From assembly GCA_038227875.1 (NCBI GenBank), contig JBBRPR010000046.1, positions 1 through 64,000 of the forward strand: 64,000 nt of DNA, read 5' to 3'. This stretch comes from Planctomycetota bacterium. GTDB lineage: Bacteria; Planctomycetota; SZUA-567; H5-PLA8. Of this stretch, positions 1-13,124 are shown in pieces; within the stretch, counting starts at the first letter, position 1; every line of letters begins with the position of its first letter. The notes under the pieces are model-generated. The model made no database searches, was not told where the DNA came from, and saw only the letters and a program-made list of their open reading frames with translations. Position numbers and translations under genes: made by a program.

Positions 1-34
1 AAATGGTGATGAGCGCAAGAGTGTCTTTCTGCAT
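1..34 (-). CDS. 5' end of a CDS running off the left edge (MQKDTLALITI...)
   Basis: ATG at 34-32 preceded by a GAAAGGA Shine-Dalgarno; frame is open to the window edge. Confidence 0.4.
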   Translation of the reverse strand, partial: MQKDTLALITI

Positions 35-227
35 CAGGGTGTTCCTTTCAGAAGCCGCGGCTGCCATCACCGTCTTCCTACATACCCCGATTCCGCATAG
101 AAGCGATGTTTTGATTTCATAGTGTTTATTTTCGTGCTATTAAATATTGAAAGGTCCTGACTCAGAATTGGCGGAACGAATTTCGTTCTGCGCGTTCTGC
201 GCGTTCTGCGCGTACCGGACTACGTCT

Positions 228-1346
228 TCAAGTCGGCTTTCTTGAGGCCACGGTCCTGCCTTCGCACCACGGTGCCGGAATTCTCCGGACCTGCGGTGGA
301 AACTTCGCTTCCAGCAGCAACAGCGCGGCTTGTCTGCCGAGTTCTCGAAAGTCGACACGGGGGCCGCTAATCTCCGCGTGCGTTCCATCGCGTTCCTGGA
401 AACACACCACGCTCAGATCCCGCGGAATCGCCAGGCCCCTCTGACTTGCGGCTGATAAGACCAGCCTCGCCTTGTCCGAATCCACCGCGAGCACAGCAGT
501 CGGCTGCGCACGGCCGACAAAAAGCGAACGAATGGAGGGGCTGTTGAGATTGTCGGTGCCCAGCGAATTCAATATCAGCTCCGCCCGGACACGAAGACCG
601 GATTCACGTAGCGCGCGTTCGTAGCCTTTCTGGCGCTCAACAGTATCCGGGTCCACGTCGCGCGCATGAATGTGAATCTGGCGGATAAAGGCGATCCGTC
701 TATGACCCAGGGCGATCAAATGCCGGGTCGCGTCAAACGCCGCGTTCTCGTTGTCTACGCAGGCGCTGTGCATTTTCCAATTCGCAGGCGGGCGATCCAC
801 AAGCACGATGGGCAGATTCATGCGTTCGTAACGCTGAAGCACGTCCTTCCGAAAGTTTCCCCAAAGCAGCACACCGTCGGCCGGCAGACGGTCAAATCCA
901 GAGGGAACCGCCGCCAGAAATCGAAAGTTATGCGCCAGCAGCAACGCGCGGCCCTGGTTGGTCACTTCCAGCGTCAGGCCTTCCTGGACCATTCGGCCAT
1001 AGTTTGTGCGCAAGTACGCGTCGAGGTAGCTGCTGACAACTTCAACCGCGAGACGATGGGTGGCCGCGCGCACACCCGAGGGGGCCTGAACCAGCAACTG
1101 GCCGCCGCGCGTCTTCTCCAGTCGCCCTTCCATCCGTAACAATTCGAGAGCGCCGCGAATCGTGATGGGTCCCGCACCGAATTCGCGCGCCATTTTTCGC
1201 AGGGAGGGAAGAGTAAATCCGCTCCCCCAGACGCCCGCCGACATCCGCTCGCGCATGGTTTCTGCAATTGTGCGGTAGAGCGCATCCTGCAACTGCGGAC
1301 GGCCGCGTTTTCGTTTGTGCGGTGGGGGGCCGATTGTTTTCGTCAT
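228..1346 (-). CDS. GntR-family HTH / LacI-type periplasmic-binding-fold transcriptional regulator
   Basis: N-terminal YRTIAETMRERM...LPSLRKMAREFG...TIRGALELLRMEG (GntR wHTH); C-terminal DNENAAFDATRHLIALGHRRIAF...IPRDLSVV (LacI/AraR effector domain). Confidence 0.85.
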   Translation of the reverse strand: MTKTIGPPPHKRKRGRPQLQDALYRTIAETMRERMSAGVWGSGFTLPSLRKMAREFGAGPITIRGALELLRMEGRLEKTRGGQLLVQAPSGVRAATHRLAVEVVSSYLDAYLRTNYGRMVQEGLTLEVTNQGRALLLAHNFRFLAAVPSGFDRLPADGVLLWGNFRKDVLQRYERMNLPIVLVDRPPANWKMHSACVDNENAAFDATRHLIALGHRRIAFIRQIHIHARDVDPDTVERQKGYERALRESGLRVRAELILNSLGTDNLNSPSIRSLFVGRAQPTAVLAVDSDKARLVLSAASQRGLAIPRDLSVVCFQERDGTHAEISGPRVDFRELGRQAALLLLEAKFPPQVRRIPAPWCEGRTVASRKPT

Positions 1347-1421
1347 TCGTATGGCGATTCCGACACTCTGCTTTCAAGCGCTCATGTGTTGCTGCTGTCA
1401 CATTGAGCCATGATCCGTCCT

Positions 1422-1787
1422 CTACATATCCGCCAACTCATAAAACGGCCGAATCTCTATCTCGCTCGGCACCGGCATGGGATTGGGGCAGCGCTTCACC
1501 CACGCGACCGCCTCGTCCATGTCTTTGACTTCCCAGATCCAGAATCCGGCCACCAGCTCGCGGGGGTGAGAGAACGGCCCGTCGATGACCGTGCGACCGG
1601 TTCCATTGAACGCGATCCGCTTCCCACGCGACGAGGGCGTAAGCCCATCGGCCATCCGCAGGATTCCGGCCTTGCTCAGTTCGTCATTAAAGCGCCCCAT
1701 TGCCTCCATCGCCGCCTTCGATTCCGGCGTGGGAGAAAATCCCTTTTCGCTTTCCTCAGTCGCCTTCACCAGCACCATCACCCGCAT
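1422..1787 (-). CDS. YciI/DGPF-domain protein (PhnB-like)
   Basis: MRVMVLVKAT...VIDGPF...ELVAGFWIWEVKDMDEAVAWVKRCPNP; AGGAG RBS before ATG 1787. Confidence 0.9.
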   Translation of the reverse strand: MRVMVLVKATEESEKGFSPTPESKAAMEAMGRFNDELSKAGILRMADGLTPSSRGKRIAFNGTGRTVIDGPFSHPRELVAGFWIWEVKDMDEAVAWVKRCPNPMPVPSEIEIRPFYELADM

Positions 1788-2414
1788 CGCTTTGTCTCCT
1801 TTACACAAACCCACCCGCATCGTAACGACGAACTGCATTTTCGGAAATCAACATCGTCCAAGCCGCGTCCAGAACAGCCCAAAAACGCGTTCCCAGCCGT
1901 CTATACGCGCCTCCCCGACCTCGATCCGACCCAAGTGCCAGATTCACGACCGAACGATTCACAGCCCACAGAACACGCGAAAGCAGAGCGCCATCACGTG
2001 CACCGCTGCACATCCTGAATTATAAAATCTTTTTCACTAATTTTATAAATAACACTTGACTTTTGCAATCAATCACCGCTTATATAGTATAGAGAAATAT
2101 GCAATGTTCCATTTCTATGGGTCCCGCAGGTCTATCGTGATTTCCGACACTCCGTATGAATCCCCCTGCTTGGAGGTGGAATTATGCTCCCCACAAATAA
2201 GCGTTCTTTGCGGCCTCCGCACGCACAACGGGCACCTGTATAGAAGTCCCCACACTTGTAACATTTGGTAACATTCCGTCACATTCACTTGGAGGACCCA
2301 GCCTCATTGATAATTAAAAATTCAAAACTAAAAATTAAAATCGCAACCTTCTCCCACCCTTGACGCCCCTCCCCCGTCCGTTACTGTCGCTCCACAAACC
2401 CGGAATGCCCGCGT

Positions 2415-3314
2415 ATGGAATCCAACTTCACCTGCACCTGCGGCACCAGCGTCTCCGCGCCAACCGACGAGGAACTCCCCGTCATCTGCCCGCAATGTCA
2501 GGAAATGTTCTTCGTCCCCATCGCCGCCCAGCGCGTCACGCCGATCACGCAGTCGGTCGTCGCCAGGGCCGGAGCCTGGGGCTGCCTGATGCCTACCGGC
2601 GTCCTGCTGCTCCTGATCGGCACCCGCAGTCTGCTGATCGGACGAACGCCGCGCACCGCCTGGGTGCTCGCCTTTGCCGCGCTCTTCCTTGCCGGTTTCA
2701 GTTGGCTCCTGCGCGTGAATTCAAAATCCTGGCGGAGTTTCTTCCGCCGCGTCGCGCCAGTCTGCGTCGTCGCCTCGGCCGTCTCGGCGTAAATCTGGAA
2801 GGAAGTCCGCGCGCAGCAGGAATTGGACGCCCGCTTCGCCGCGGTGCTCAGCGATGCCCTCGCCGTCGCCCGAAAGCCCAAGGGCGACGCGACAGTTCAA
2901 AAACTAGCGCCCAAGTATCTGCCCGTCCTACTCACCGAACGCGGCGCACTCCACCCGGCGGAATCGACCCACGTCGACGCCGATCTCTACGCCGAACTCA
3001 CTCCGGAAGAGCGGCCCACCTCCAGCGACGACGTCCACACCATCGTCGTGATCGACTGGTGCTACGAACAGACCGGCTACTACGCCTCCAGAGACGCCTT
3101 CAAAACGCCGGGAGCGCTTGTCTACGCCGGAGCCTGCACTGTCAGCGTGATCGACCGCGACTCGAAGAAGCTCGTCGGCGGCCGGCACTTCGCCGTCCCC
3201 ACTCAGGCGCCCGCCACGCGGCCCAGCGACGCCGAGACGACCTGGTATGGCCCGCAACCCCTGGAATCGGAGATCGAGGAGTACATCAAAACCCTGCACT
3301 TCGCCGCGAAGTAA
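2415..3314 (+). pseudogene. Zn-ribbon + 3-TM membrane protein interrupted by an in-frame TAA at 2790-2792
   Basis: ORFs 2415-2792 and 2823-3314 are in the same frame, separated only by TAA; reads ...VVASAVSA*IWKEVRAQQELDARF...; CxCG...CPQC zinc ribbon at the N-terminus. Confidence 0.6.
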
Positions 3315-3343
3315 GCAAAACCTTATCGAAAGACGGTCCCTGT

Positions 3344-3811
3344 ATGTACAAGACCCCATCCAAACGACGCTGGTTTCAGCTCCACCTCTCCACGGCACTG
3401 TTGTTGATGCTCGTCGCGGGGACGCTGATGAGCTTCAATCTGCAGCAGCGCACCAGCTTCTTCTCGCTCGACACCACGCTGCTGGGCGACGACGGCCAGA
3501 CCCGGCCGGTTACCTTCCACGTCCGCGCCGAGACCCACGGCTGGCCGTTCTGGACCGACGCCACGTTCAAGCGCGTCGAAGCCGACGGCAGCGAGTTTCA
3601 AGGCTACACCGATTTCGACACCTCCACGGTGCTCTTCCGCACCATCCGCGCGGAGATCGGAAACTTCGATTCACCCTATCCGCATCGCTTCGACAACGGT
3701 GGCGTGGCGTTGGCGATCCTCGCGGGCGTGGCGGTGCTCTGCGAACTACTCACCCGCATCCGCCGCCGCGACCGGGAGCGTGCCAAGGCGGAAGCGCTTG
3801 CTTCTCCATAA
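3344..3811 (+). CDS. hypothetical membrane protein with a planctomycete-type RRWFQLHLST N-terminus
   Basis: MYKTPSKRRWFQLHLSTALLLMLVAG...HGWPF...C-terminal TM; true start is internal to the 2360-3811 ORF. Confidence 0.7.
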   Translation: MYKTPSKRRWFQLHLSTALLLMLVAGTLMSFNLQQRTSFFSLDTTLLGDDGQTRPVTFHVRAETHGWPFWTDATFKRVEADGSEFQGYTDFDTSTVLFRTIRAEIGNFDSPYPHRFDNGGVALAILAGVAVLCELLTRIRRRDRERAKAEALASP

Positions 3812-3923
3812 AAATTCGATGAAGAGATTGTTAACATCTTTCAAACTCAATTATTGCCGAATCTACCGCAGGGAGTACACTCGGTGATAGCATCGTGACA
3901 GGTAGTGCTGGGAGGGCAGCTCA

Positions 3924-4940
3924 GTGCCAGATACGTTCGAAGAAATCGACCGCTCCGAAACAGACCTCGTCGTCATGCACGACGTCTTAAGCTGGCGGGA
4001 GTTTCACGAATTAGCCCTGCGCCGCGCCGGCTTCGGCGTGATCACGTACCCCGCCCAACCCGATTCGCTCGCCGAACACCTCAACCACGAACAGGACCAC
4101 CGCGCCGACCTTGTCGTCTACGGCATCCAACCCGGCTCCGAACGTTCGTGGGACAATCTCCGCCAGCTCCGCGAACTCTACAACGGACCCGTACTGGCCA
4201 CGACCGAAGTTCACAACAACGAAGTCCGCAAGCGCGTCCAGGACATGGGCGTCCACGACTACCTCGCCATCGGCGACTTCGGTGAGGAAGGCCTGGAACT
4301 GAAAGTCGAAACCGCGCTCACGGCCTACCGCATCAACGCCATGATTCTGGAAAACGAGCTGCGCATTCAGCGCCTGTTCGTGAACATCCTGACGGTGATG
4401 GTCAAAATCCTCGAATCGAAGGATCCGTACACACGCTTCCACAGTCACTCCGTCACCAAGTGGTCGCGCATGATCGGCCGGCGCAAGGGGTTGTGCGAAG
4501 AGGATCTCGACCGCCTCGGCCTGGCGGCGCTGCTGCACGACTTTGGCAAGATCGGCGTGCCCGAAGAGATCCTGTGCAAGGCTTCGCGGCTGACCGACGA
4601 AGAATTCGCAATTATGAAAAAGCATCCCACGATCGCCCGGGATCTGCTCTCGTCGCTGGAATTGTGTTCCGACCTACTGCCTGCGATCACCCACCATCAC
4701 GAACGCTGGGACGGCAAAGGCTATCCCGACGGACTCAAAACCGAGCAAACGCCCCTGTGGGCGCGCATTATTTCCCTGGCGGACTCCTATGACACCATGA
4801 TGAGCCGCAGAACGTATAAGGAACCCTATACGCCCGAGCGTATCCGCGAAGAACTGGACAAAGGTCGTGGAACCCAGTTCGATCCGGAATTGGTCGACCT
4901 TTTCAAAGCTATTCTCGACGAACACGTCAACACCGTTTAA
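3924..4940 (+). CDS. HD-GYP c-di-GMP phosphodiesterase with a degenerate receiver-like N-terminus
   Basis: KDPYTRFHS, LLHDFGKIG, HHHERWDGKGYPDGL, ARIISLADSYD, GRGTQFDP. Confidence 0.92.
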   Translation: MPDTFEEIDRSETDLVVMHDVLSWREFHELALRRAGFGVITYPAQPDSLAEHLNHEQDHRADLVVYGIQPGSERSWDNLRQLRELYNGPVLATTEVHNNEVRKRVQDMGVHDYLAIGDFGEEGLELKVETALTAYRINAMILENELRIQRLFVNILTVMVKILESKDPYTRFHSHSVTKWSRMIGRRKGLCEEDLDRLGLAALLHDFGKIGVPEEILCKASRLTDEEFAIMKKHPTIARDLLSSLELCSDLLPAITHHHERWDGKGYPDGLKTEQTPLWARIISLADSYDTMMSRRTYKEPYTPERIREELDKGRGTQFDPELVDLFKAILDEHVNTV

Positions 4941-5063
4941 ATTAAATGACCTCATACTGGACAGTTACTTCTCCGCGGACGCAACGTGCGATTCCATGCG
5001 GTGGGCTGCTTGTGTGATGCCGTGTTGCAACGGGCGTTGAGCTGTACCTATCGGGGTTGACTG

Positions 5064-7565
<2,502 letters not shown>

Positions 7566-7622
7566 GTAACGTTGCGCTTATCGAATGTCGAAGTGTGTTG
7601 GGATATCGAACGGAACTTCAAA

Positions 7623-7952
7623 CTACATCACCGTTTTTGCCGGAAGCGGACGTCGTGGAACGTCCGAAACCTGCGGCACATCGTCCGGCAGAACGGAGGC
7701 CAGACGGCGATCCAATTCCCGGCGCTCGTCGGTGAGTTGCGCGTGGGCGTCGGTGACCTGGAGCTGCAAATCGTCGCAGCGCTTTTCAAGTGAAGCGCAG
7801 CGCTGTCGGAGCGCTTCCAATTCGACGCTATGATCAACCGACGTACTCTGTCCGTTACGCGCCTTAGCCATCGCCAGCCGGTGCTTCAGGAGCTCGGAAA
7901 TGACGGCCGAGGATCCGATCACAATCAGGACAATCTCAAAGCCGCTTAACAT
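7623..7952 (-). CDS. small single-TM coiled-coil protein
   Basis: MLSGFEIVLIVIGSSAV...LEKRCDDLQLQVTDAH; paralogous to the upstream neighbour. Confidence 0.65.
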   Translation of the reverse strand: MLSGFEIVLIVIGSSAVISELLKHRLAMAKARNGQSTSVDHSVELEALRQRCASLEKRCDDLQLQVTDAHAQLTDERRELDRRLASVLPDDVPQVSDVPRRPLPAKTVM

Positions 7953-7972
7953 CTCGCAATTTCTCCTGTCAG

Positions 7973-8341
7973 CTACTCCCGCAGCCGCTCGCGGTTTTTC
8001 CTGCGGGCCGATGGCGCCACAGAGGGCTCGTCGGGAATCGGCGGCATCGGCGCGACGATGCCGGGAAAGGACTCCGCCAGTTTCTTGTCCAGCATGCGCT
8101 GTTCGTCGGCCAGCAGCATGTGCGCATCGGTGATCTGTTCCTGCATGGCCGCGCATTTCTTCTCGAGGCGCTCCATGCGTTCCTGCAGGGTTTCGACGTG
8201 CTGAGCGTGTGTGCCCTTGAGTTCGGCCATGCGCCTGCGGTGATATAGGTACGAGAGCATAAACGGCAGCGCCAGCAGCGCGAACGCGAGGAGAACCAAG
8301 CCGCTGAACACGGCGAAGGCTGCAATAGAGGTAGTGTCCAT
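7973..8341 (-). CDS. small single-TM coiled-coil protein
   Basis: MDTTSIAAFAVFSGLVLLAFALL...LEKKCAAMQEQITDAH. Confidence 0.65.
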   Translation of the reverse strand: MDTTSIAAFAVFSGLVLLAFALLALPFMLSYLYHRRRMAELKGTHAQHVETLQERMERLEKKCAAMQEQITDAHMLLADEQRMLDKKLAESFPGIVAPMPPIPDEPSVAPSARRKNRERLRE

Positions 8342-8448
8342 CGCGCAGCTCCGGGCAATCCGCCAACAGCATACCCGGTTTGCCTCACCGTTCAACCCGT
8401 GGGCGGGTCACTAAATTGACTGTTGCTCTTGTACCCAATCAAATACGG

Positions 8449-8763
8449 TCAATTCTCTCGAAGGATCGTAGGTATGTCACGTGCTCCATGGAGAACTCTG
8501 AACACTTCAACGCATCCGTCAGCAAACAGGTAGATCACCAAATAGTTTTCAAAGCCGCGAATTGGAAACTTGCGAATCTGCGCGAGTTTTGGATTTTTAA
8601 AGTGGCAAGGATGCCCGATGTTGGGTGCTTCAAGAAGTAGATCCAGAGTGCCCTCAGCCGCGTCCAAAAACCGCAGCGCGGCGTCCAAATTCTGGTGTCG
8701 GATGTATTCGTATTGCTCGTTTAGATCAATTCGAGCACGCGGTTTAATGGACAACCGATTCAT
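8449..8763 (-). CDS. parE: RelE/ParE family toxin
   Basis: IKPRARIDLNEQYEYI...P(N)IG...IRKFPIRGFENYLVIY...VEVFRVLHGARD. Confidence 0.9.
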   Translation of the reverse strand: MNRLSIKPRARIDLNEQYEYIRHQNLDAALRFLDAAEGTLDLLLEAPNIGHPCHFKNPKLAQIRKFPIRGFENYLVIYLFADGCVEVFRVLHGARDIPTILREN

Positions 8764-9011
8764 TTAGAATGACGAGCTAACGCCTCCGACTTCAACTTCT
8801 TCCAAAATTCCTTGTCAACTGGAATAGACTCTCCTGAATTCATTCCCTCAAGAACTTTCTGTTCCAGCTCTTCTTCAGCTCGCCGGACCTGATCTTCATG
8901 AACCAGATTTTGCAAATACGCTTCAACGTTTTCAAAACGCCCACACGCAATCTGATCATCAATGTGCGACTTCAGCGCTTCTGGAAGATCAATCTTTACG
9001 TTGATTGTCAT
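8760..9011 (-). CDS. parD: ParD-like antitoxin (RHH)
   Basis: IDLPEALKSHIDDQIACGRF...YLQNLVHEDQ...LEQKVLEGMNSGE; 4-nt overlap with the toxin. Confidence 0.85.
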   Translation of the reverse strand: MTINVKIDLPEALKSHIDDQIACGRFENVEAYLQNLVHEDQVRRAEEELEQKVLEGMNSGESIPVDKEFWKKLKSEALARHSK

Positions 9012-9147
9012 ATCAGCGTGCTCCTGAACCAGTACTACTATATAGGATCGATAATCGGGTGTGCAATACGCAACTTTCAGTTTCTGAACGTCCAATCGCC
9101 CCCCGACAGACCCAAGCCAAGAGCTAACAGCCAGGAGCCGCCCTCCC

Positions 9148-10497
9148 TCACTGCAGCCACAGCTTCTCCGAGTCCTCATCGTAAGCGAAGAGGTTGCCGA
9201 AGCGCGCCCAGCCGACAAACGTGGTGAACTGCGTTTCGTAGTTTTCCTGAGGCATGTTCAGCACGATGTATTCGCGGACGTGGTCGGCGTCGATTTCCTT
9301 GTTGGGCTGGCGGGCGATCATGTCGCGCATGTCGCGGAAGAGCCGCAGTTTCAAAATCAGGTCGCGCCACAAATTCTTGCGGTCGTCGGCGCCAGCCGCG
9401 ACAAAACGTTTGCCGTCGGCGTTGATCAGAACCATGCGCTTGGGCGTGTCGACCAGGTCGAGCATCTCCAGCGCCTTGACGATCGTGATGACGTGCCCGA
9501 ACTCCCGGTGCGTGTCGGCGACGACGCGGAAGACGTCTTCCTTGCCGCCGCGCGCATCCAGATACTCCAGCAAGCCGATGATTTCGCTGGGCACCGCGCC
9601 CGGCAGCGGTTCGAAGGCCATCGCAGCCGCAGCTGCGGCGGGAGCCACGGCAGCCGGGGCGAGTTCCGGTTCGTCGGGAATTTCATGCCCGGTGATGATT
9701 TCGTGGAGCTGGTCGACGAGCTTCAGAAACTCTGGCAGCCGGTAGTCGCGCGGACGAGGAAGCTTGTTCTCGACGATTTTCAGCACGCGGCCGGGATTCG
9801 AGGCCAGCACGACGATGCGGTCGCACATGTACACCACTTCTTTGATGTCGTGGCTGACCATAAGGATCGACGACGGATTGCGGTCCTTCGCGGACCAGAT
9901 GTCGATCACTTCCGCGCGCAGCGATTCGGCCGTCAACGCATCGACGTGGCTGAACGGTTCGTCCATGAACAGCAATTCGGGGCTGACCGAGAGAGCGCGC
10001 GCGATGCCGACGCGCTGCTTCATCCCGCCGGACAGTTCGCGCGGATAGGCTTCTTCGAATCCCGCCAGGCCGACCATCTTGATCGCCTGATGGGCGCGGT
10101 TCGGAATTTCGTTGCTGGCGATGCCGCGGGCTTCGAGCACGACCATGATGTTTTCGGAGACCGTCAGCCACGGCAGCAGCGCGAAGCTCTGAAAGACAAT
10201 CGCCACGTCGGGATTCAATCCCACCAGCGGCTTGCCGTGCGAAATCGCCTGGCCCTGCGTGGGTACGATCAGTCCGGCGAGGATGCGCAGCAGCGTCGAC
10301 TTGCCGCAACCGGAGGGTCCCAGCAGCGCGATGACTTCGCCGGGTTGCACAGCCAGCGTGATGTTCTCGAGCACACGCAGTTTCTTGCCGTTGGGCAGCG
10401 AGAAATCATGGCTGACGTTGCGCGCTTCGCACACGCCGACCGCTTTGCTCTCCACTGTCAGAGCCGGAGGAGTTGGAGTTGCAGTGTCTGCCATCAC
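9148..10497 (-). CDS. NitT/TauT-type ABC transporter ATP-binding protein with C-terminal AAA-associated domain
   Basis: [32 protein letters not shown]-terminal ...[11 protein letters not shown]. Confidence 0.92.
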   Translation of the reverse strand: MMADTATPTPPALTVESKAVGVCEARNVSHDFSLPNGKKLRVLENITLAVQPGEVIALLGPSGCGKSTLLRILAGLIVPTQGQAISHGKPLVGLNPDVAIVFQSFALLPWLTVSENIMVVLEARGIASNEIPNRAHQAIKMVGLAGFEEAYPRELSGGMKQRVGIARALSVSPELLFMDEPFSHVDALTAESLRAEVIDIWSAKDRNPSSILMVSHDIKEVVYMCDRIVVLASNPGRVLKIVENKLPRPRDYRLPEFLKLVDQLHEIITGHEIPDEPELAPAAVAPAAAAAAMAFEPLPGAVPSEIIGLLEYLDARGGKEDVFRVVADTHREFGHVITIVKALEMLDLVDTPKRMVLINADGKRFVAAGADDRKNLWRDLILKLRLFRDMRDMIARQPNKEIDADHVREYIVLNMPQENYETQFTTFVGWARFGNLFAYDEDSEKLWLQ

Positions 10498-10530
10498 GGG
10501 GTGCCTCTGCCTTATTCAGTATCCATGGAA

Positions 10531-12243
10531 TCAACGACTAAGCGAGTACCGAGTTTCAGCCAGATGGTACAGGCGTTTCCAGACCAGACGGTTGAAGAGC
10601 ACGACCACCATGGACATGACCACGACCGCGGCGGCCAGGCGCGAGAGATTACCTTTTGCGAAGGCGAAGCTGATCTCGCCACCCAGCCCGGACCACGCGC
10701 GGTGATTCGTATCAATGAACTCTGCCACGATGCTGGTGTTCCACGCGCCGCCTGCGGCAGTCACCCATCCCGTAACGAGATACGGAAACACGCCGGGAAA
10801 GTAGATTTGCCTGAAGCGCTGCCAGCCGGTGATGTTGTAGCTCTCCGCCGCCTCGCGAATGTCGGCGGGAATCGCCATGGCTCCGGCCACCACGTTGAAC
10901 ACGATGTACCACATCGTACCCAGCAGCATCAGCGCGATGCTGGCCCAATCGATATCGATTCCCAGAGTCCCCATCAGCGCCAGCACCATGGGAAACAGCA
11001 TCGGCGCGGGAAACGAGGCTACAATCTGCACGATCGGTTGCAGCGAGCGGGACAGCTTGGGCGAAAGTCCGATAACCAGACCCAGTGGCAAGGCAATCAG
11101 CGTGGCGATGGCCGTGGACGCCAGCACGCGGCCCAGGGTCACAAACGAGACCTGAACCAGATTGCTCCAGGTCATCGCGTCATTCTGGCGGAGCAGATTA
11201 AACAATTGAATGCCGCCCCAGCCCAGAATGATCAGAAGCAGGAGGAAGAGGATCGAGGAAAAAATCTTGCTGCTGCGCGTCGCCTTGGGTGCTTCGACCG
11301 CGACTGGCTTGACGCGCGCCGGCCTCTCTTTCCGTTTGAAGAAGAGGCCTTCCAGAAACGCCAGGATGCGCGAGCGGCGCAGAAAATCGAGGAACCAGGA
11401 TTCCATCGCTTCAGCCTGGCCGGCGTCGTCGAGCCGGAATTTCTGCGACCAGACCACCAGCGGGCGCCAGAGCAACTGGTCGAGCGCGATGATCATCAGC
11501 ATCATCGAAATAATCGCGTAAATCTGCGCGGGGCCGTTCTTCTGCGTCACCGCTTCGCTCATGTAGGAACCCAGACCCGGCAGCGTGTTGTCCTTGAATT
11601 GCTCGCTGATCATGATGAAAAACCAGCCGCCGGCCATGCTCATCATGCTGTTCCAGACCAGGCCGATGGTCGAAATCGGAAGCTCGAGCCATTTCAATCG
11701 TTCCCACCACGTGAAGTTGTAGAGCGTCGCGGCTTCGTTCAGATTTTCAGGGACCGACCGGAGCGAATGATAGTAGCTGAAGGTCATGTTCCACGCCTGG
11801 CCGGTGAAGATGGTGATGATGGCGGCGAGCTCCAAGCCCACGCGGTTGCTCGGAAAAAGCGCGACCATGGCGAGGATCAGACCTGGCATGAAACCGAGAA
11901 TCGGAATGCTCTGAAGAATGTCGAGCATGGGAACGAGCAGTCGTTCGGCGACGTGGTCCTTCGCGGCCCAGTAACCGTAGACGAGCGTAAAGACAATCGA
12001 GAAGACGTATCCGATCAAACCGCGCGTGAGCGTTAGCAGCGTATAATAAGGGAGGAGACTTGGCGAGAGATCGAACTTCTCTTGAATCTGAGCAACTTTC
12101 GGCAGCGCCCATTCGTGTGCGACGCCGAAGAGACCGAAGACCACTCCTGCGAATCCGGCGAGCAGAATGAAGTCCACCCAGATGCGTCGCGAAACAGAAA
12201 GGTAACCCGAGGCTGCGCCCCAAATCTGTCGAAATTTGATCAT
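10531..12243 (-). CDS. ABC transporter permease (double BPD_transp_1, NitT/TauT-like)
   Basis: LDILQSIPILGF, FTGQAWNMTFS, WNSMMSMAGGWFF, GGAWNTSIVAE. Confidence 0.9.
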   Translation of the reverse strand: MIKFRQIWGAASGYLSVSRRIWVDFILLAGFAGVVFGLFGVAHEWALPKVAQIQEKFDLSPSLLPYYTLLTLTRGLIGYVFSIVFTLVYGYWAAKDHVAERLLVPMLDILQSIPILGFMPGLILAMVALFPSNRVGLELAAIITIFTGQAWNMTFSYYHSLRSVPENLNEAATLYNFTWWERLKWLELPISTIGLVWNSMMSMAGGWFFIMISEQFKDNTLPGLGSYMSEAVTQKNGPAQIYAIISMMLMIIALDQLLWRPLVVWSQKFRLDDAGQAEAMESWFLDFLRRSRILAFLEGLFFKRKERPARVKPVAVEAPKATRSSKIFSSILFLLLLIILGWGGIQLFNLLRQNDAMTWSNLVQVSFVTLGRVLASTAIATLIALPLGLVIGLSPKLSRSLQPIVQIVASFPAPMLFPMVLALMGTLGIDIDWASIALMLLGTMWYIVFNVVAGAMAIPADIREAAESYNITGWQRFRQIYFPGVFPYLVTGWVTAAGGAWNTSIVAEFIDTNHRAWSGLGGEISFAFAKGNLSRLAAAVVVMSMVVVLFNRLVWKRLYHLAETRYSLSR

Positions 12244-12431
12244 GGAACTTCCATCACGCTGAACGTCAAATCGCAAGGGGCCGCGAGCGGAACGTAAGTA
12301 AAACTTGAACACGGGGTTTGTAACAGACAGTTAGAAAATTGAGATGAGCCAATCGTAAAGAAAGTGAACTTTTCAAAAGAATAGTTAGGTCGCACGAAAT
12401 CCCGCGTGATACAGAAAGAGTTCTCAAAAAT

Positions 12432-12461
12432 AAAAAAGGCGGCCCGAAGGCCGCCTTTTTT
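12432..12461. terminator. bidirectional intrinsic terminator
   Basis: AAAAAAGGCGGCC-CGAA-GGCCGCCTTTTTT, downstream of the pilin-like gene. Confidence 0.85.
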
Positions 12462-12482
12462 CTAACGCGGTTGTGCTTCCGA

Positions 12483-13043
12483 TCACTGCGTCGGGACCCA
12501 GTTGGTGTCCGGGTTGAACAGTGTCAGCAGGGTCGAGTTGCCCGTGTCCTGCTGGAAAATCGTACCGTTGTTGTTGATGAGGAACTGATCGCGGCCCGTG
12601 CTATCCCAGGCGCCCGGGACGGCATTGATGGCGTAGCCGAGGGTCATGAATGAATTGACCACGTAATTGCGCGCTCCACCCGTAGCGGCGGAAGCCTGCG
12701 AGGTCATGACGGTGAAGACGTAACCGGCCTTCGGAGTGGCCGACGTCGCTGGACCTTCGGCGCCCGCAAACGTCTTGTCGATCAGGGCGAGTTCACCGCT
12801 GATGCCCAGCAGGCTGTTCACGCCCGACAGATGCTGCGAATACTGGAGCACCGCGGACTTGGTGTAGTCCGTGCGATGGTAAATTTCCTGTGCTTCGGCG
12901 AACGCCTTGCACGCGGCGGCTGCGGCCGTTTCGTTGGCGGCCATACGCGACCGCAACAAGCTCGGGATCGCGATTGCCGCGATGATGGCGATGATCGCGA
13001 CGACGATCATCAGCTCGATCAACGTGAATCCTTTGTTACGCAT
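12483..13043 (-). CDS. type IV pilin-like protein (prepilin N-methylation motif; DUF2950-like C-terminus)
   Basis: MRNKG|FTLIELMIVVAIIAIIAAIAIPSLLRSRMAANE; GGAGG RBS. Confidence 0.88.
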   Translation of the reverse strand: MRNKGFTLIELMIVVAIIAIIAAIAIPSLLRSRMAANETAAAAACKAFAEAQEIYHRTDYTKSAVLQYSQHLSGVNSLLGISGELALIDKTFAGAEGPATSATPKAGYVFTVMTSQASAATGGARNYVVNSFMTLGYAINAVPGAWDSTGRDQFLINNNGTIFQQDTGNSTLLTLFNPDTNWVPTQ

Positions 13044-13124
13044 GTTCATCCTCCAGGGTACTACAGCGACACAGCCATGATCTTCGACCACCGTAGCTCT
13101 CTGCGTCCGCACGATTTAACATGG

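Noticed and set aside
184..212. CGTTCTGCG x3 tandem repeat
   Set aside because: Short microsatellite-like repeat with no spacers; not a CRISPR and no evident function
2360..3343. N-terminal 328 codons of ORF 2360-3811
   Set aside because: Arg/Pro-rich off-frame overlap of the real gene at 2415-3314; only 3344-3811 looks coding
9280..12036. 918-aa plus-strand ORF
   Set aside because: Antisense shadow of the ABC transporter genes, typical of high-GC codon bias; no motifs
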